From Pocillopora damicornis (Eukaryota): a stretch of 64,000 nucleotides of DNA. The first letter of the stretch is position 1, and every line of letters begins with the position of its first letter. Under the pieces are notes generated by a model. It was not told the DNA's origin. It did not search any database and saw only the letters and a program-made list of their open reading frames with translations. This document shows, in pieces, positions 63,100 to 64,000 of the stretch. The translations under genes and the position numbers were made by a program. Location of the stretch: contig NW_020845558.1 in the NCBI RefSeq assembly GCF_003704095.1, forward strand, positions 806,001 to 870,000, written 5' to 3'.

Positions 63100-64000
63100 T
63101 GTCAGAAAACAAACGGTGGTAGGCAGAGCAGAAAATAACTGAGGACGTTTCGGGATGTTTCCAGTTTCACCTGACTAAACTATTAATTCTATGTCTTTCC
63201 ATTTCCACCGTAGAATTAGTTATCCCTGACACCAATTTGCTCCTAATTTAAAAGAACACTGACCGTGGATGACGTGAAAGATTCTAGCAGTGATATAATG
63301 ACAAGCCTGATGGACTGTGGAACGAAGAATTGTTCAAGCGCTCGGTTGTGGACTATCATATGCTGTGTTCCAGAGGCTGAACGAGATCAAACTGGTGATA
63401 ATGAATTCTTACCAGGAATGGTAAAAATAATGGGGCACTGAAAATAACAAGGGACATAGCATAACCTTACCACAAGCCAAAAGTTTTGCCAAAATTGAAA
63501 TTTTAGACAATAAAGATGATTTTAGCCGAGAGAGGATGAGGTCTATTGTCCCAGCTGAATCCACAAGGATCAAAGACTTGAAACGCGATTTTCACAAGAA
63601 CCGTGGAAACTCGTTGAGCTGACGTCAATCGCCCAAGTTCCCTATTTTGCATCGCTACATTCTCGATCCCAACGATTTCGTTTCTTGACTGAAACGATAC
63701 ATGAAAACTAGTGGCCTTCACGACGAGAATGGCCGCATTTTATATATTTCTCAAAGACTAACCTGTATTCAGCCTACATCCTCTTTTTGGTAGACGCCAT
63801 TTTGTCTCCAAAACGAAAATCGAGTGAAGATAGAACTATAACCTTATGAAGATTTGAAAGTTTTAAAATTGTGCTTAGCTCATGTTATTATTAAATTGAT
63901 ACAAAGTTTATTAAAAGAGCAAGATGTATTACCTAGGCAGGGTAAACCACAAACAATGATACGTTATTTACCTGCAACCATCCTACTGCAACGAAACCCT

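Noticed and set aside
62364-63142. Alternative-frame and antisense ORFs within the GPCR
   Set aside because: Shadows of the GPCR coding sequence.
1-64000. Prokaryotic systems (CRISPR arrays, operons, defence islands)
   Set aside because: Spliceosomal introns and animal genes throughout; no regularly spaced repeat-spacer array.

Overview
Eukaryotic (animal) genomic DNA with GT-AG introns, about 35-40% GC by eye and two ~100-N scaffold gaps. The repeat families and gene set suggest a cnidarian, probably a scleractinian coral (inference). Genes reconstructed by hand, left to right: TEAD/scalloped (+, 13 coding exons, including a duplicated and probably mutually exclusive TEA-domain exon); TIGAR (-); two intronless WH1/EVH1-domain genes (-, one with a CRIB motif); an intronless RING-coiled-coil-NHL TRIM-like gene (-); BCL2L13/Bcl-rambo (-), head-to-head with a second Bcl-2-fold gene (+); mitochondrial glutamate carrier SLC25A18/22 (+); V-ATPase subunit E (-, 5' exons probably lost in a gap); a signal-peptide tandem Tudor-like protein (+); and an intronless class A peptide GPCR (+). 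The main finding is that the second Bcl-2-fold gene has BID-like features. It has an acidic loop with a caspase-8-type site (DEDDLVTD/S) about 30 residues before a BH3 motif and no TM anchor. It also lies in the same four-gene neighbourhood (BCL2L13, BID, SLC25A18, ATP6V1E1) as human BID. This makes it a candidate invertebrate BID orthologue that still keeps BH1/BH2 remnants. Also present: a hammerhead-ribozyme-bearing Penelope-like palindrome just upstream of the TRIM start codon, TTAA- and TA-flanked MITEs, and tRNA-derived SINEs. All comparisons with known proteins and gene orders are from memory; no database search was run.
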